From Octopus sinensis (lineage: Eukaryota), in the NCBI RefSeq assembly GCF_006345805.1, contig NC_043005.1, forward strand, positions 95,914,001 to 95,978,000: a stretch of 64,000 nucleotides of DNA. Reading direction: 5' to 3'. Of this stretch, positions 10,196-22,551 are shown piece by piece; the stretch's first letter is position 1; the number at the start of each line of letters is the position of its first letter. The translations under genes were made by a program, and so were the position numbers. The notes below the pieces were generated by a model that ran no database searches, was not told where the DNA came from, and saw nothing but the letters and a program-made list of their open reading frames with translations.

Positions 10196-12229
10196 TCAGG
10201 CCATATCCCGTGGCCCCTACCTGGGACGTAGTCGATCCACCTGTGCATACCTTCCTTCTTGTGACACTTGTGAAGACCTGCTGAGGCAAGTGAAAATCAA
10301 TCAAAATAGATGAACATCAATGGAATTTGTATCTTTGTGGTACCAGTGCCTGTGGCACACAAGAAAACCATCCGAACGTGGCCGTAGCCAGTACCGCATC
10401 GACTGGCCTCCGTGCTGTGGGAACATGGTGGCACATAAAAACACCATCCGAAGACCCGGCAAGACTAGTCAGGTCATAACCCGTGGCCCCTACCTGGGAC
10501 GTAGTCAGTCCACCTGTACATACCTTCCTTCTTGTGACACTTGTGAAGACCTGTTGAGGCAAGTGAAAATCAAAACAAATCAAAATAGATGAACATCAAT
10601 GGAATTTGTATCTTTGTGGTACCAGTGCCGGTGGCACACAAGAATCCATCCGAACGTGGCCGTAGTCAGTACCGCATCACTGGCCATCGTGCTGTGGGCA
10701 CATAACAAACACCATCCGATCGTGGCCATTCGCCAGCCTCATCTAGCACCTGTGTCGGTGGCACATAAAAACACCATCCGAAGACCCGGCAAGACTAGTC
10801 AGGCCATAACCCATGGCCCCTACCTGGGACGTAGTCAGTCCACCTGTGCATACCTTCCTTCTTGTGACACTTGTGAAGACCTGTTGAGGCAAGTGAAAAT
10901 CAAAATCAAAACAAATCAAAATAGATGAACATCAATGGAATCTGTATCTTTGTGGTACCAGTGCCGGTGGCACACAAGAGAACCATCCGAACATGGCCGT
11001 AGCCAGTTCCGCATCGACCGGCCTCCGTGCTGTGGGCACGTAACAAACACCATCCGATCATGGCCGTTCGCCAGCCTCATCTGGCACCTGTGTCGGTGGC
11101 ACATAAAAACACCTTCCGAAGACCCGCAAGACTAGTCAGTCCACCTGTGCATACCTTCCTTCTTGTGATACTTGTGAAGACCTGTTGAGGCAAGTGAAAA
11201 TCAAATCAAATCAAAATAGATGAACATCAATGGAATTTGTATCATTGTGGTACCAGTGCCTGTGGCACACAAGAAATCCATCCGAACGTGGCCGTAGTCA
11301 GTACCGCATCAACTGGCCATCGTGCTGTGGGCACATAACAAACACCATCCGATCGTGGCCGTTCGCCAGCCTCATCTAGCACCTTTGTCGGTGGCACATA
11401 AAAACACCATCTGAAGACCCGGCAAGACTAGTCAGGCCATATCCCATGGCGCCTACCTGGGACGTAGTCAGTCCACCTGTGCATACCTTCCTCCTTGTGA
11501 TACTTGTGAAGGCCTGTTGAGGCAAGTGAAAATCAAAATGAAATCAAAACAAATCAAACCAAATCAAATCAAAACAAATCAAAATAGATGAACATTAATG
11601 GAATTGTATCTTGTGGTACCAGTGCCGGTGGCACACAAGAAAACCATCCGAACGTGGCCGTAGCCAGTACCGCATCGACTGGCCTCCGTGCTGTGGGCAC
11701 GTAACAAACACCATCCGATCGTGGCCGTTCGCCAGCCTCATCTGGCACCTGTGTCGGTGGCACATAAAAACACCATCCAAAGACCCGGCAAGACTAGTCA
11801 GGCCATAACCTGTGGCCCCTACCTGGGTGGTAGTCAGTCCACCTGTGCATACCTTCCTTCTTGTGACACTTGTGAAGACCTGTTGAGGCAAGTGAAAATC
11901 AAATCAAATCAAAACAAATCAAAATAGATGAACATCAATGGAATTTGTATCTTTGTGGTACCAGTGCCGGTGGCACGTAGCACACAAGAAAACCATCCGA
12001 ACGTGGCCGTAGCCAGTACCGCATCGACTGGCCTCCGTGCTGTGGGCACGTAACAAACACCATCCGATCGTGGCCGTTTGCCAGCCTGTGTCGGTGGCAC
12101 ATAAAAACACCATCCGAGCGTGGCCGTCTGCCAGCCTCGTCTGGCACCTGTGTCGGTGGCACATAAAAAACACCATCCGAGCGTGGCCGTTTGCCAGCCT
12201 CGTCTGGCACCTGTGTCGGTGGCACATAA
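10181..12229 (+). repeat. Tandem array 1: about 6 units of ~280-370 bp (RTE ORF end + proximal 3'UTR)
   Basis: Unit GACCCGGCAAGACTAGTCAGG...GAGGCAAGTGAAAATC(AAATC)n AGATGAACATC...CACCATCCGAA repeated; ~62-bp sub-repeats at 12087-12229. Confidence 0.93.
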
Positions 12230-12383
12230 AATCACCCACTACACTCTCGGAGTGGTTGGCGTTAGGAAGGGCATCCAGCTGTAGAAACACTGCCAGATCT
12301 GACTGGACTGGTGCAGCTTTCGGGCTCCCCAGACCCCAGTTGAACCGTCCAACCCATGCTAGCATGGAAAGCAGACGTTAAAC

Positions 12384-12464
<81 letters not shown>

Positions 12465-12467
<3 letters not shown>

Positions 12468-15400
12468 ACCTGTTGAGGCAAGTGAAAATCAAAACAAATC
12501 AAAATAGATGAACATCAATGGAATTTGTATCTTTGTGGTACCAGTGCCGGTGGCACACAAGAATCCATCCGAACGTGGCCGTAGTCAGTACCGCATCACT
12601 GGCCATCGTGCTGTGGGCACATAACAAACACCATCCGATCATGGCCGTTCGCCAGCCTCATCTAGCACCTGTGTCGGTGGCACATAAAAACACCATCCGA
12701 AGACCCGGCAAGATTAGTCAGGCCATAACCCATGGCCCCTACCTGGGACGTAGTCAGTCCACCTGTGCATACCTTCCTCCTTGTGATACTTGTGAAGGCC
12801 TGTTGAGGCAAGTGAAAATCAAAATCAAATCAAAACAAATCAAAATAGATGAACATCAATGGAATTTGTATCTTTGTGGTACCAGTGCCGGTGGCACACA
12901 AGAGAAAACCATCCGAAAGTGGCCGTAGCCAGTACCGCATCGACTGGCCTCCGTGCTGTGGGCACATGACAAACACCATCCGATCGTGGCCGTTCGCCAG
13001 CCTCATCTAGCACCTGTGTCGGTGGCACATAAAAACACCATCCGAAGACCCGGCAAGACTAGTCAGGCCATAACCCATGACCCCTACCTGGGACGTAGTC
13101 AGTCCACCTGTGCATACCTTCCTTCTTGTGACACTTGTGAAGACCTGTTGAGGCAAGTGAAAATCAAAACAAATCAAAATAGATGAACATCAATGGAATC
13201 TGTATCTTTGTGGTACCAGTGCCGGTGGCACACACTTTGTGGTACCAGTGCCGGTGGCACACAAGAAAACCATCCGAACGTGGCCGTAGCCAGTTCCGCA
13301 TCGACCGGCCTCCGTGCTGTGGGCACGTAACAAACACCATCCGATCATGGCCGTTCGCCAGCCTCATCTGGCACCTGTGTCAGTGACACCTAAAAACACC
13401 TTCCGAAGACCCGGCAAGACTAGTCAGTCCACCTGTGCATACCTTCCTTCTTGTGACACTTGTGAAGACCTGTTGAGGCAAGTGAAAATCAAATCAAATC
13501 AAAATAGATGAACATCAATGGAATTTGTATCTTTGTGGTACCAGTGCCTGTGGCACACAAGAAATCCATCTGAACGTGGCCGTAGTCAGTACCGCATCGA
13601 CTGGCCATCGTGCTGTGGGCACATAACAAACACCATCCGATCGTGGCCGTTCGCCAGCCTCATCTAGCACCTGTGTTGGTGGCACATAAAAACACCATTC
13701 GAAGACCCGGCAAGACTAGTCAGGCCATATCCCATGGCCCCTACCTGGGACGTAGTCAGTCCACCTGTGCATACCTTCCTCCTTGTGATACTTGTGAAGG
13801 CCTGTTGAGGCAAGTGAAAATCAAAATGAAATCAAATCAAAACAAATCAAAATAGATGAACATTAATGGAATTGTATCTTGTGGTACCAGTGCCGGTGGC
13901 ACACAGAGAAAACCATCCGAAAGTGGCCGTAGCCAGTACCGCATCGACTGGCCTCCGTGCTGTGGGCACATGACAAACACCATCCGATCGTGGCCGTTCG
14001 CCAGCCTCATCTAGCACCTGTGTCGGTGGCACATAAAAACACCATCCGAAGACCCGGCAAGACTAGTCAGGCCATAACCCATGACCCCTACCTGGGACGT
14101 AGTCAGTCCACCTGTGCATACCTTCCTTCTTGTGACACTTGTGAAGACCTGTTGAGGCAAGTGAAAATCAAAACAAATCAAAATAGATGAACATCAATGG
14201 AATCTGTATCTTTGTGGTACCAGTGCCGGTGGCACACACTTTGTGGTACCAGTGCCGGTGGCACACAAGAAAACCATCCGAACGTGGCCGTAGCCAGTTC
14301 CGCATCGACCGGCCTCCGTGCTGTGGGCACGTAACAAACACCATCCGATCATGGCCGTTCGCCAGCCTCATCTGGCACCTGTGTCAGTGACACATAAAAA
14401 CACCTTCCGAAGACCCGGCAAGACTAGTCAGTCCACCTGTGCATACCTTCCTTCTTGTGACACTTGTGAAGACCTGTTGAGGCAAGTGAAAATCAAATCA
14501 AATCAAAATAGATGAACATCAATGGAATTTGTATCTTTGTGGTACCAGTGCCTGTGGCACACAAGAAATCCATCTGAACGTGGCCGTAGTCAGTACCGCA
14601 TCGACTGGCCATCGTGCTGTGGGCACATAACAAACACCATCCGATCGTGGCCGTTCGCCAGCCTCATCTAGCACCTGTGTCGGTGGCACATAAAAACACC
14701 ATCCGAAGACCCGGCAAGACTAGTCAGGCCATATCCCATGGCCCCTACCTGGGACGTAGTCAGTCCACCTGTGCATACCTTCCTCCTTGTGATACTTGTG
14801 AAGGCCTGTTGAGGCAAGTGAAAATCAAAATGAAATCAAATCAAAACAAATCAAAATAGATGAACATTAATGGAATTGTATCTTGTGGTACCAGTGCCGG
14901 TGGCACACAAGAAAACCATCCGAACGTGGCCGTAGCCAGTACCGCACCGACTGGCCTCCGTGCTGTGGGCACGTAACAAACACCATCCGATCGTGGCCGT
15001 TCGCCAGCCTCATCTGGCACCTGTGTCGGTGGCACATAAAAACACCATCCGAAGACCCGGCAAGACTAGTCAGGCCCCTACCTGGGACGTAGTCAGTCCA
15101 CCTGTGCATACCTTCCTTCTTGTGACACTTGTGAAGATCTGTTGAGGCAAGTGAAAATCAAAACAAATCAAAATAGATGAACATCAATGGAATTTGTATC
15201 TTTGTGGTACCAGTGCCGGTGGCACGTGGCACACAAGAAAACCATCCGAACATGGCCGTAGCCAGTACCGCATCGACTGGCCTCCGTGCTGTGGGCACGT
15301 AACAAACACCATCCGATCGTGGCCGTTTGCCAGCCTCATCTGGCACCTGTGTCGGTGGCACATAAAAACACCATCCGAGCGTGGCCGTCTGCCAGCCTCG

Positions 15401-15590
15401 TCTGGCACCTGTGTCGGTGGCACATAAAATCACCCACTACACTCTCGGAGTGGTTGGCGTTAGGAAGGGCATCCAGCTGTAGAAACACTGCCAGATCTGA
15501 CTGGACTGGTGCAGCTTTCGGGCTCCCCAGACCCCAGTTGAACCGTCCAACCCATGCTAGCATGGAAAACGGACGTTAAATGATGATGAT
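12465..15590 (+). repeat. Tandem array 2: about 9 units plus the same terminal segment and GAT tail; contains a 1004-bp higher-order duplication
   Basis: Same unit variants as array 1; identical ORF-track peptides offset by exactly 1004 bp (12953/13957, 13164/14168, 13183/14187). Confidence 0.93.
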
Positions 15591-17437
15591 ATATATATAT
15601 TGGCCTGCTCGCTTAGTCAGCGGGGTGGCGTCATTCGAAGGCTAAAGCAATGCAAACGCATTGTGACCAGCGATGTGTAGCAACATCTGATGGTCTGGTC
15701 GGTCACGTGATATATATATATATATATCATCATCTCTCCTCTTATTGTTATGAAGCTTCCCACTCTCATCCCTTCCCCCCTTCAAACACAATCCACTGTT
15801 TGCATCTTCTCCTGTATCCACCTTGTATTTTGAGACTCTCTAGCATCTCACCACCACTTCTTCTTTCAAGTTCCCACCCACCCTTATATAACACCTCTGC
15901 TTATCATTCCATCACACTCTAGCTTCCCAACACATGGCATAAAACCATCACTCCTCTTCCCCCTCTCAAATACTAACCCCCACCCCCACCATTTAGTCAA
16001 AGAGGTCTTTTTTCTTTTTTTTCTTTCCCTTTCCCCAACTTTTCCCTTCCTGTTCTTCCCTTTCCTTGCCTTGCAAGCTACTTGGCAACCTCCTCGCTCG
16101 TACCAATGGCACCAAAAAATAACGTTATTTAGAAGGGTGCATGCACTTCTTTTGTTGAGTGGGGGTACGTGACTCTCCGGCCCACCTTGAACCTGCCTGA
16201 GACCACTTCTACTTCTTTGAAACAAACTTTCTGATTTCAAGTGAACTAAATTAAAGCCTTCCATTAAAATTCCATATTAATTTATATTCCAAAGGACAAA
16301 GGCTTCATAAGGACAAAGTTATTTCATTAGGTTTTTTTTTTTGTTTTCAAAACTGAAACATAGGCTTTATGCTTCAATAGAAACATGGGAACAGAATGGT
16401 TAACAGATTTTTAGATCCATTGAAATATTTCCATGCATGACTGCATGTATCCATGTGTATGCATTTGTGTTGTGAGTGCCTGTATACATTAACACTGGCC
16501 AATGATGCATAAATACACACACACACACAAGGAGTAGACATACAAATGTGTAAACATAGGGACAAAATATTTTTGCTCAAGTACAGTATTAATAAAAGAA
16601 TGGTAAAAAAAAAATGAAAAAAGAAGACAGGTTATAACCATACATGAAAGTCATGTGACAAGTGCAAATGATGATTCTGTTGTCAGGAACAAATCCAACT
16701 TCATCCCCTGTAGAGGAAAGGATGAACATTATGTTTGGCTGTGTATAAAGCACAGGCATGGCTTTCTGGTTAAAAAGCTTGCTTTGCAACCATGAGGTTT
16801 CAGGCTTAGTCCCACTGCATGGCACCTAGGGTACATGTCTTCTAAAATGATAAGGGCTAGCCAATGATTTGTGAGTGTATTTGGTAGACAAAAACTGTGG
16901 GAGCCCATAGTATATAAATACACAGATGTGTCTGTTTGTCCCCAACTCTGCTTAACAACCGGTGCTAGTTTGTTTACATTCATGTAACTTGGCAGTCTGG
17001 CAAAAGAGACTGATAGAATAAAAACCAGACTTAAAATAATACGTAGTAGGATCAATTTGCTGGACTAAAAACCATTCAAGGTGGTGCCTCAGTATGGTCA
17101 CAGTCCAATGATGGAAACAAATAAAAGATATTGACACAATTACAAAATTTTCAACTAACACCCAAAAATAAATTTTTTTTTAAATTTGGAAAGAAGAGAA
17201 TGAGGCTGAGTAGATGTCAAAAAATGACAATTCAGTTATTTTGAAAGCAACTGATAAGGAAAGGTGGGTGGGATTGTTATTATGGACAATGACTTCCACT
17301 ACAAAGACGTTTAGTCAATGGAAATTGCTACAACGAAGAATCAATAAGCCTAAACAGAATAATTATAAACAGAATTAAATCACTAATCAATCAAAACTTG
17401 GGATGTTTCATTAATAAAGAAATTGATTACTTATAGT

Positions 17438-17600
17438 TTTGTCAGTGAACAAGTCGCGGTCTCAAAGCGACGAAAATATTTTGACAAATTAAGGTTAAAT
17501 GTTGAAGGGAATCTAACGGTTTTTGTGTGTTTCTTAAATGGCTTATAAACACCTTCCATGCTGCAATTGTAATCATTAGATAGAAATAATGAAACCAACT
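17438..17600 (+). mobile_element. Penelope-like terminal-repeat family copy with CAGUGA hammerhead-like fold (also at 59793-60048)
   Basis: TTTGT-CAGTGAACAA-GTCGC-GGTCTCAAA-GCGAC-GAAA-ATATTTTG-ACAAA; the downstream ~110 bp match 59940-60050. Confidence 0.55.
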
Positions 17601-17749
17601 TATCTTAAAACCAGACAAATAGTGGCAGGACCAAACCCCCAAAACAAAACCTGAAAAAAATTGATCACTGGAAGTAAAACAGCCACAAAACAATTTGTAA
17701 ACTTTTAAAGTGGAAAATAATTATCAGGAAAGTCAATTCTGATAAGTAT

Positions 17750-18282
17750 TTGCCATCTGTCATCTTTGATCAGGGCTTTAGGCTCAATTGAGACAGTGAT
17801 GTGAGGTTGTTGGAGACTGTGGCCAAACCATGGCTAGAGATGGTTGCTCTTAGAAAGCTGTAAGAATGGAAGCAGGATTCAGCTCGTTCACATACTCCTG
17901 GAAAGAGTCAGAAGAAGTTGTCAGAGAATTCCTACAACTCCACCAGTCCCAATTTCTGGTCTCCTACTTACCATGATTATAATCCCATGGATTACTATGT
18001 GTGGGGTGTGGTTGAGAAAGATCCCCAACTGCTTTGCCTGCAACACCAAGCCTCAGCTGGTGGCCAAGATCAAGGTGTTTGAAAATCTTTCCAGGGACAC
18101 AGTGAGAAACGCATGTGCCAGGCTGGAGCTTTCTTGAGGTTGTATTGGAAGCTGAGGGTGGCTACTTTGAGTAAACTGCTTTCTCCCAGCCATAATCTAG
18201 TTGACATTTTTAGTTTTAAAATGATGGGATGTTGTTTTCATTAGCTTTTATACAAACTATCAAATTTAGCTCAAACCTCCTG
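17750..18282 (+). mobile_element. 3' fragment of a Tc1/mariner-superfamily transposon (maT/rosa-like)
   Basis: QDSARSHT, YNPMDYYVWGVVE and C-terminal AEGGYFE*; ends CCTCCTG|TA. Confidence 0.75.
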
Positions 18283-18469
18283 TATATATACAATGTATAC
18301 ATCATCATCATTTAATGCCCATTTTCCACACCTGCATGGGTTAGATGGAACTTAATGAAGCAAAGTTTTCTACAGTCAGGTGCTTTTCCTGTTACCAACC
18401 CTCACTTGTTTCAAAACAGAAAATGAAAATTTTGCTTGCATGATGATAATGCTCATTTATAACCATCTT

Positions 18470-18690
18470 GCCAGCTCTGTCTGGCACCTGTGCGGGTGGC
18501 ACGTAAAAAGCACCCACTACACTCACGGAGTGGTTGGCGTTAGGAAGGGCATCCAGCTGTAGAAACACTGCCAGATCAGATTGGAGCCTGGTGCAGCCTC
18601 CTGGCTTCACAGACCCCAGTTGAACCGTCCAACCCATGCTAGCATGGAAAGCGGACGCTAAATGATGATGATGATGATGATGATGATGAT
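18470..18690 (+). mobile_element. RTE 3'-end-type copy with (GAT)n tail
   Basis: Matches 12200-12420. Confidence 0.85.
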
Positions 18691-19315
18691 GTGATGTCAA
18701 CACAACGATAAACACACACACACACATGTCCACACTCATTTGTTTTTCAATGACATGGTTACTGGTTCAAACACACTATATGGTACCTTAGACAAACGTC
18801 TTCTACTATAGCTATGGCATTCATTTTCGATGTTCTTTGAGAGTAGATCTGCCGATGCAGGAATACATACCTTAAGTCGAAACATTTATGAGTTGGCGAC
18901 AGAGAAAGCATCCGACAATAGAAAATCTTCCTCAATAAACTTTGACCTATGCAAACATGTTCGAAACCATTCTAAAATGAATGTTAATAAATAAAAAAGG
19001 GCAGACCGGCATGGGAGGTTACGCACGTATTTGCGTACACACACACACACAGTCTGGGCAGTAAGTTGTGGCCTTGAGCAAGGCACTTCATATTCTAATC
19101 ATTAAGACATGTGTAAATAACTATGAATCATTAACCAATATGACAATTCTATGAAGTCTCGTGTGAAATGAGAAAGTTTGAGAAAAAAACAAAAGGTTCA
19201 TTTCACACTGGGAAACCAGAGTGGGACAGGAACGACAACTCTCTAAGTTCCTCAGCCACAATTACTTCCCTTGATACAAGAAATCCGTAGTTACAAGTTT
19301 CAAGAATATATAGTA

Positions 19316-19802
19316 CTAGCAGTATCGCCCGGCGTTGCTCGGGTTTGTAAGGGAAATAACTATATAAGCATTTTTAGAGAGTTATAGCCAAAAAATAGCA
19401 AAAAATGCATTAAAATGGAAAAAAAACGATGGTAAATTTTTTTTTAAATCGTAGACTCATGTAGACGCTTTCTTAGCCATTTCTCTTTTGGTGTCTTCAA
19501 GCCATGAAGTCGTTGTTCTAAAAGAACGCTGGTCTCCTTGACAACGCATTACGACGTTGATTTCCTTACACTCCCTTCCCCACAGGTGCAGGTGTGAGCG
19601 TGGACGCCAACTTCACCGCCATCGACACACGAAAAATTATGCATTAAAATGGAATAAAAAATAATACTCAGACGGGCTCGATATGAATCACGACTATAAG
19701 CTACCCGAATTTGGTTAAACTGCACCGCAAAATGTGGGAGTAGTTAGGAATCTAAATCGAAGGGGACAGACACTCACACAACTACAGTTTTATATATATA
19801 GA
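19316..19802 (-). mobile_element. Non-autonomous Helitron family A
   Basis: Minus strand A|TCTATATATATAAAA ... CCCGAGCAACGCCGGG hairpin ... CTAG|T. Confidence 0.85.
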
Positions 19803-19859
19803 TATACATAGCGCAGTAGTGGTGAGATGACAGCAAAGAAAAGCATACATTCACTCTCT

Positions 19860-20340
19860 GCATGCAATTAGACTCGGAAAGTTCGTGAGGAACCCATTGA
19901 CCAATTTGCTGACTTTTCCGATAGCACACAGGTCTCAATGAATGGTTGAATGACCAAATCCAAGCTTCTCTGCTAGTTCCTGAACAGTTACGATGAGATT
20001 TTGTTCCACCAGGGTTTTCAGGATGTCCTTGTCGAGTTCTACAGATCTTTCAGGATGAGGCTCGTCTTCTAGGCTGTAGTTTATGGCTCGGAATTTCTGG
20101 AACCACCATTGACACTGCCTTACGCTTATTGTCCAATCCCCATATACTGCATTAATATTTCTGTACTTTCCGTTGCGTTGTTGTCTTTATTGAACTCATA
20201 AAGCAAAATATGCCAAATATGCTCCTTTGTTACTTCCAACATAGCTTTGAAAAAATAGCTGTTAAAATCGAAATGCACTCTTCAAAACTTGCACTATGAA
20301 TAAGGACAAGATAAAATTACTACCTGCTTTATAGCAAGTT
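19860..20340 (-). mobile_element. Mariner 5' fragment (degenerate transposase N-terminus)
   Basis: Minus strand translates MEVTKEHIWHILLYEFNK.NNATES..NINAVYG, then across frameshifts WFQKFR...SLEDEPHP. Confidence 0.75.
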
Positions 20341-20656
20341 AATATAAGTAGTTTATCCCATTCCCTCTGACTTTTAGTTCAAGCTGTTGAAAAAACCGCA
20401 TTATTATATATATACATACATACATACATATACACACACACACTCTCTCTCTCTCTCACACACATGCACACATTTATATTCTGTTATTCTTTTATATGTT
20501 TCAGCCTTGAGGTTGTGGCCATGCTGGATCATGTGTGTGTGTGTGTGTCTATCTGTCTGTCTGTCTGTATGTATATATGTATATGTATGTGTGTGAACAA
20601 CAATATTTTCAACAGATGTGTTGCAAATGTATCTGATTGTTCTCAAGCTTCAAATT

Positions 20657-21029
20657 TACTCTCTTCCAAGAACATTTTCACTCACTCTTATTTGTTAGCT
20701 TCCCATACATTTTACTCATGTATCTATCAGCGTTCATGGACAGTAACAAATATTACATCTAGTTTCATTTTATTCGTTACACAGTGTGTGTGTGCGTTTG
20801 CGTGTGCTGTAAACCAGACTAAGAAAAGCATTTGACACACACACCAGAATGTGAGTTTTCTGTAAATTTTGCTTAATTGGAGTTTAAATTTTAAAAACTG
20901 GAGCTGGCATGACGCGATGCATTGTACTCTTAAAATTGCTAGGTAAATTGTAATTGAAGAAATCCTATATTGTAGATTTGTATAACTCCCAAAGGGAGGC
21001 AGATAAAATCTGCCTTTTATAATAAGAGA
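20657..21029 (-). mobile_element. Helitron-like family B 5' portion (homologous to 58998-59375)
   Basis: A|TCTCTTATTATAAAAGGCAGATTTTATCTGCC start shared by both copies. Confidence 0.65.
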
Positions 21030-21036
21030 TAAATAA

Positions 21037-21275
21037 TATATATAGTAAAATGAAATGAAGTGTTGATTGTCTTATTGAATAGATGAAATGTTGAATATGA
21101 AATATTAGGGGACTAGTATATTTTCATGTGTTATAGCAGTCTTCAAGGTCCTGGGTTGTGACAGGAGTGAAGACTGCTATAACGCTTGAAAATATACTAG
21201 TCCCCTAATATTTCATATTCAACATTTCATCTATTCAATAAGACAATCAACACTTCATTTCATTTTACTATATAT
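21037..21275. repeat. Fold-back palindrome (~108-bp arms, spacer 21146-21167)
   Basis: TATAGTAAAATGAAATGAAGTGTTG...GCAGTCTTCA mirrored by TGAAGACTGC...CATTTTACTATA. Confidence 0.9.
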
Positions 21276-22244
21276 TCTATATTCTACATTAATATTATAA
21301 AGAATATAAATAAAACATAAAAAACAGACAGAGTTGAAATTTCTTTGAATAATATATATCCCTCTATACACAATCATACAAACCCCTTTTTATTTTTATA
21401 TATATACACACACAATCGGCTTCTGTACAGTTTCCATCAACTAAATTTGCTCACAAGGTATTGGTCAACCTTGAGCTATAGCAGCAGAAGACCCTTGCCC
21501 AAACCAAGGTGCTGTGTAGAGGAACTGAACCTGAAGTCATGCAGTTGCTAAAAGAGAGCTTCTTAACCACACAGCAGCTGTGTGTATGTGTGTGCGCGCA
21601 CGCGTGTGTGTGTGTGTGTGTCTGTGTGTGTGTGTGTGTGTGTGTGCATGTATGTATGTATGCATGTATGTGTACATGTATGTATGTATGTATGTATGTA
21701 TGTGTTTGAGACAGTAAGAGGGGAAAACTATAAGGTGGTGACAAGTTCCCAATTATTTGAGGCTACAAAACAAGTTTAATTCCAAGTTCAGCCATTTTGT
21801 TCCCATTTAATCTTTGTACCTGACTCATAATGGTTATGGATACTGCTCTTTCTTTAAAGACAAACAAAAAACGACAGAGTTAAGTAGTTGACAAACAGTT
21901 CTACTTCTAGATATAACCAATAGCAGGATCTGAAGTCTGCTAGATTTTAAAATACTTATCAATGTGTTAAATGCTTGTGTGTGTATATGAACTGCTAACC
22001 TACTGGTTCACATGACAATTTGCTAATGACTCAGTTAACAATAACCCCAAACATAAAACATGAAAAGTGCATTAAGTAGAAGTTGAGAATATAATGTTAG
22101 CAGGTTACCTTGCCACAGAGTGAAGAACTGCCAGCAAGCTGGAAAAGAAAAGAAAAGAAAAGTACAAAGTGTAAGCAGTTTAAAAGGAGAGAAAAAATAA
22201 GCAATGGTTTTCTTATTAAATCTAAATAAACAATTTCTGAAATT

Positions 22245-22551
22245 CTGTTGTGTCTGGGGAGAGTCATTTTCTTTTTGTGCCTTATTATTTACTCACCGGT
22301 AAAATTTCCACTTTTTTCTTATTTTTATTTTCCTAAAATTTTCGTTGCGTCTTGCAATAGTTTTGATTGAGTCAAAACTATTGAATAGGACAATAAAAAT
22401 AAGAAAAAAGTGGAAATTTTACCAGTGAGTGTGTTACATAATAAGGCACAAAAAGAAAATGACTCTCCCCAGACACAACAGCATATGCTTCAACACACAA
22501 ACTCATATAAAGAATCTTGCAAACCAAATCCAAAAACGAAATGATTTCTGA
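22245..22551. repeat. Fold-back palindrome (arms 22245-22334 and 22387-22481) with ATG-initiated ORF start at 22459
   Basis: Mirror arms; spacer has an internal 12-bp hairpin and a 3' half-hammerhead on the minus strand. Confidence 0.88.

Larger units (their letters stand above)
9125..12420 (+). mobile_element. 5'-truncated RTE-clade LINE with tandemly amplified 3'UTR and (GAT)n tail
   Basis: Frame open 9125-10195: GVHQGSVLSPLLF, YADDLAL, FRYLG, RRLRWYGHV, GRGRPRKTW; followed by repeat array and terminal segment ending in (GAT)n; flanked by (AT)n. Confidence 0.92.

Noticed and set aside
10181-15424. CRISPR-like or coding interpretation of the tandem array
   Set aside because: Whole ~330-bp units are repeated with no unique spacers and no cas genes; the short ORFs are overlapping repeat translations in all frames
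15601-15680. HDV-like ribozyme
   Set aside because: A P1-like pairing followed by GG exists, but too few nucleotides remain to build P2, P3 and L3
18845-18905. Hammerhead near GTCGAAAC
   Set aside because: No CUGANGA core, no NUH triplet at the right position and no stem I
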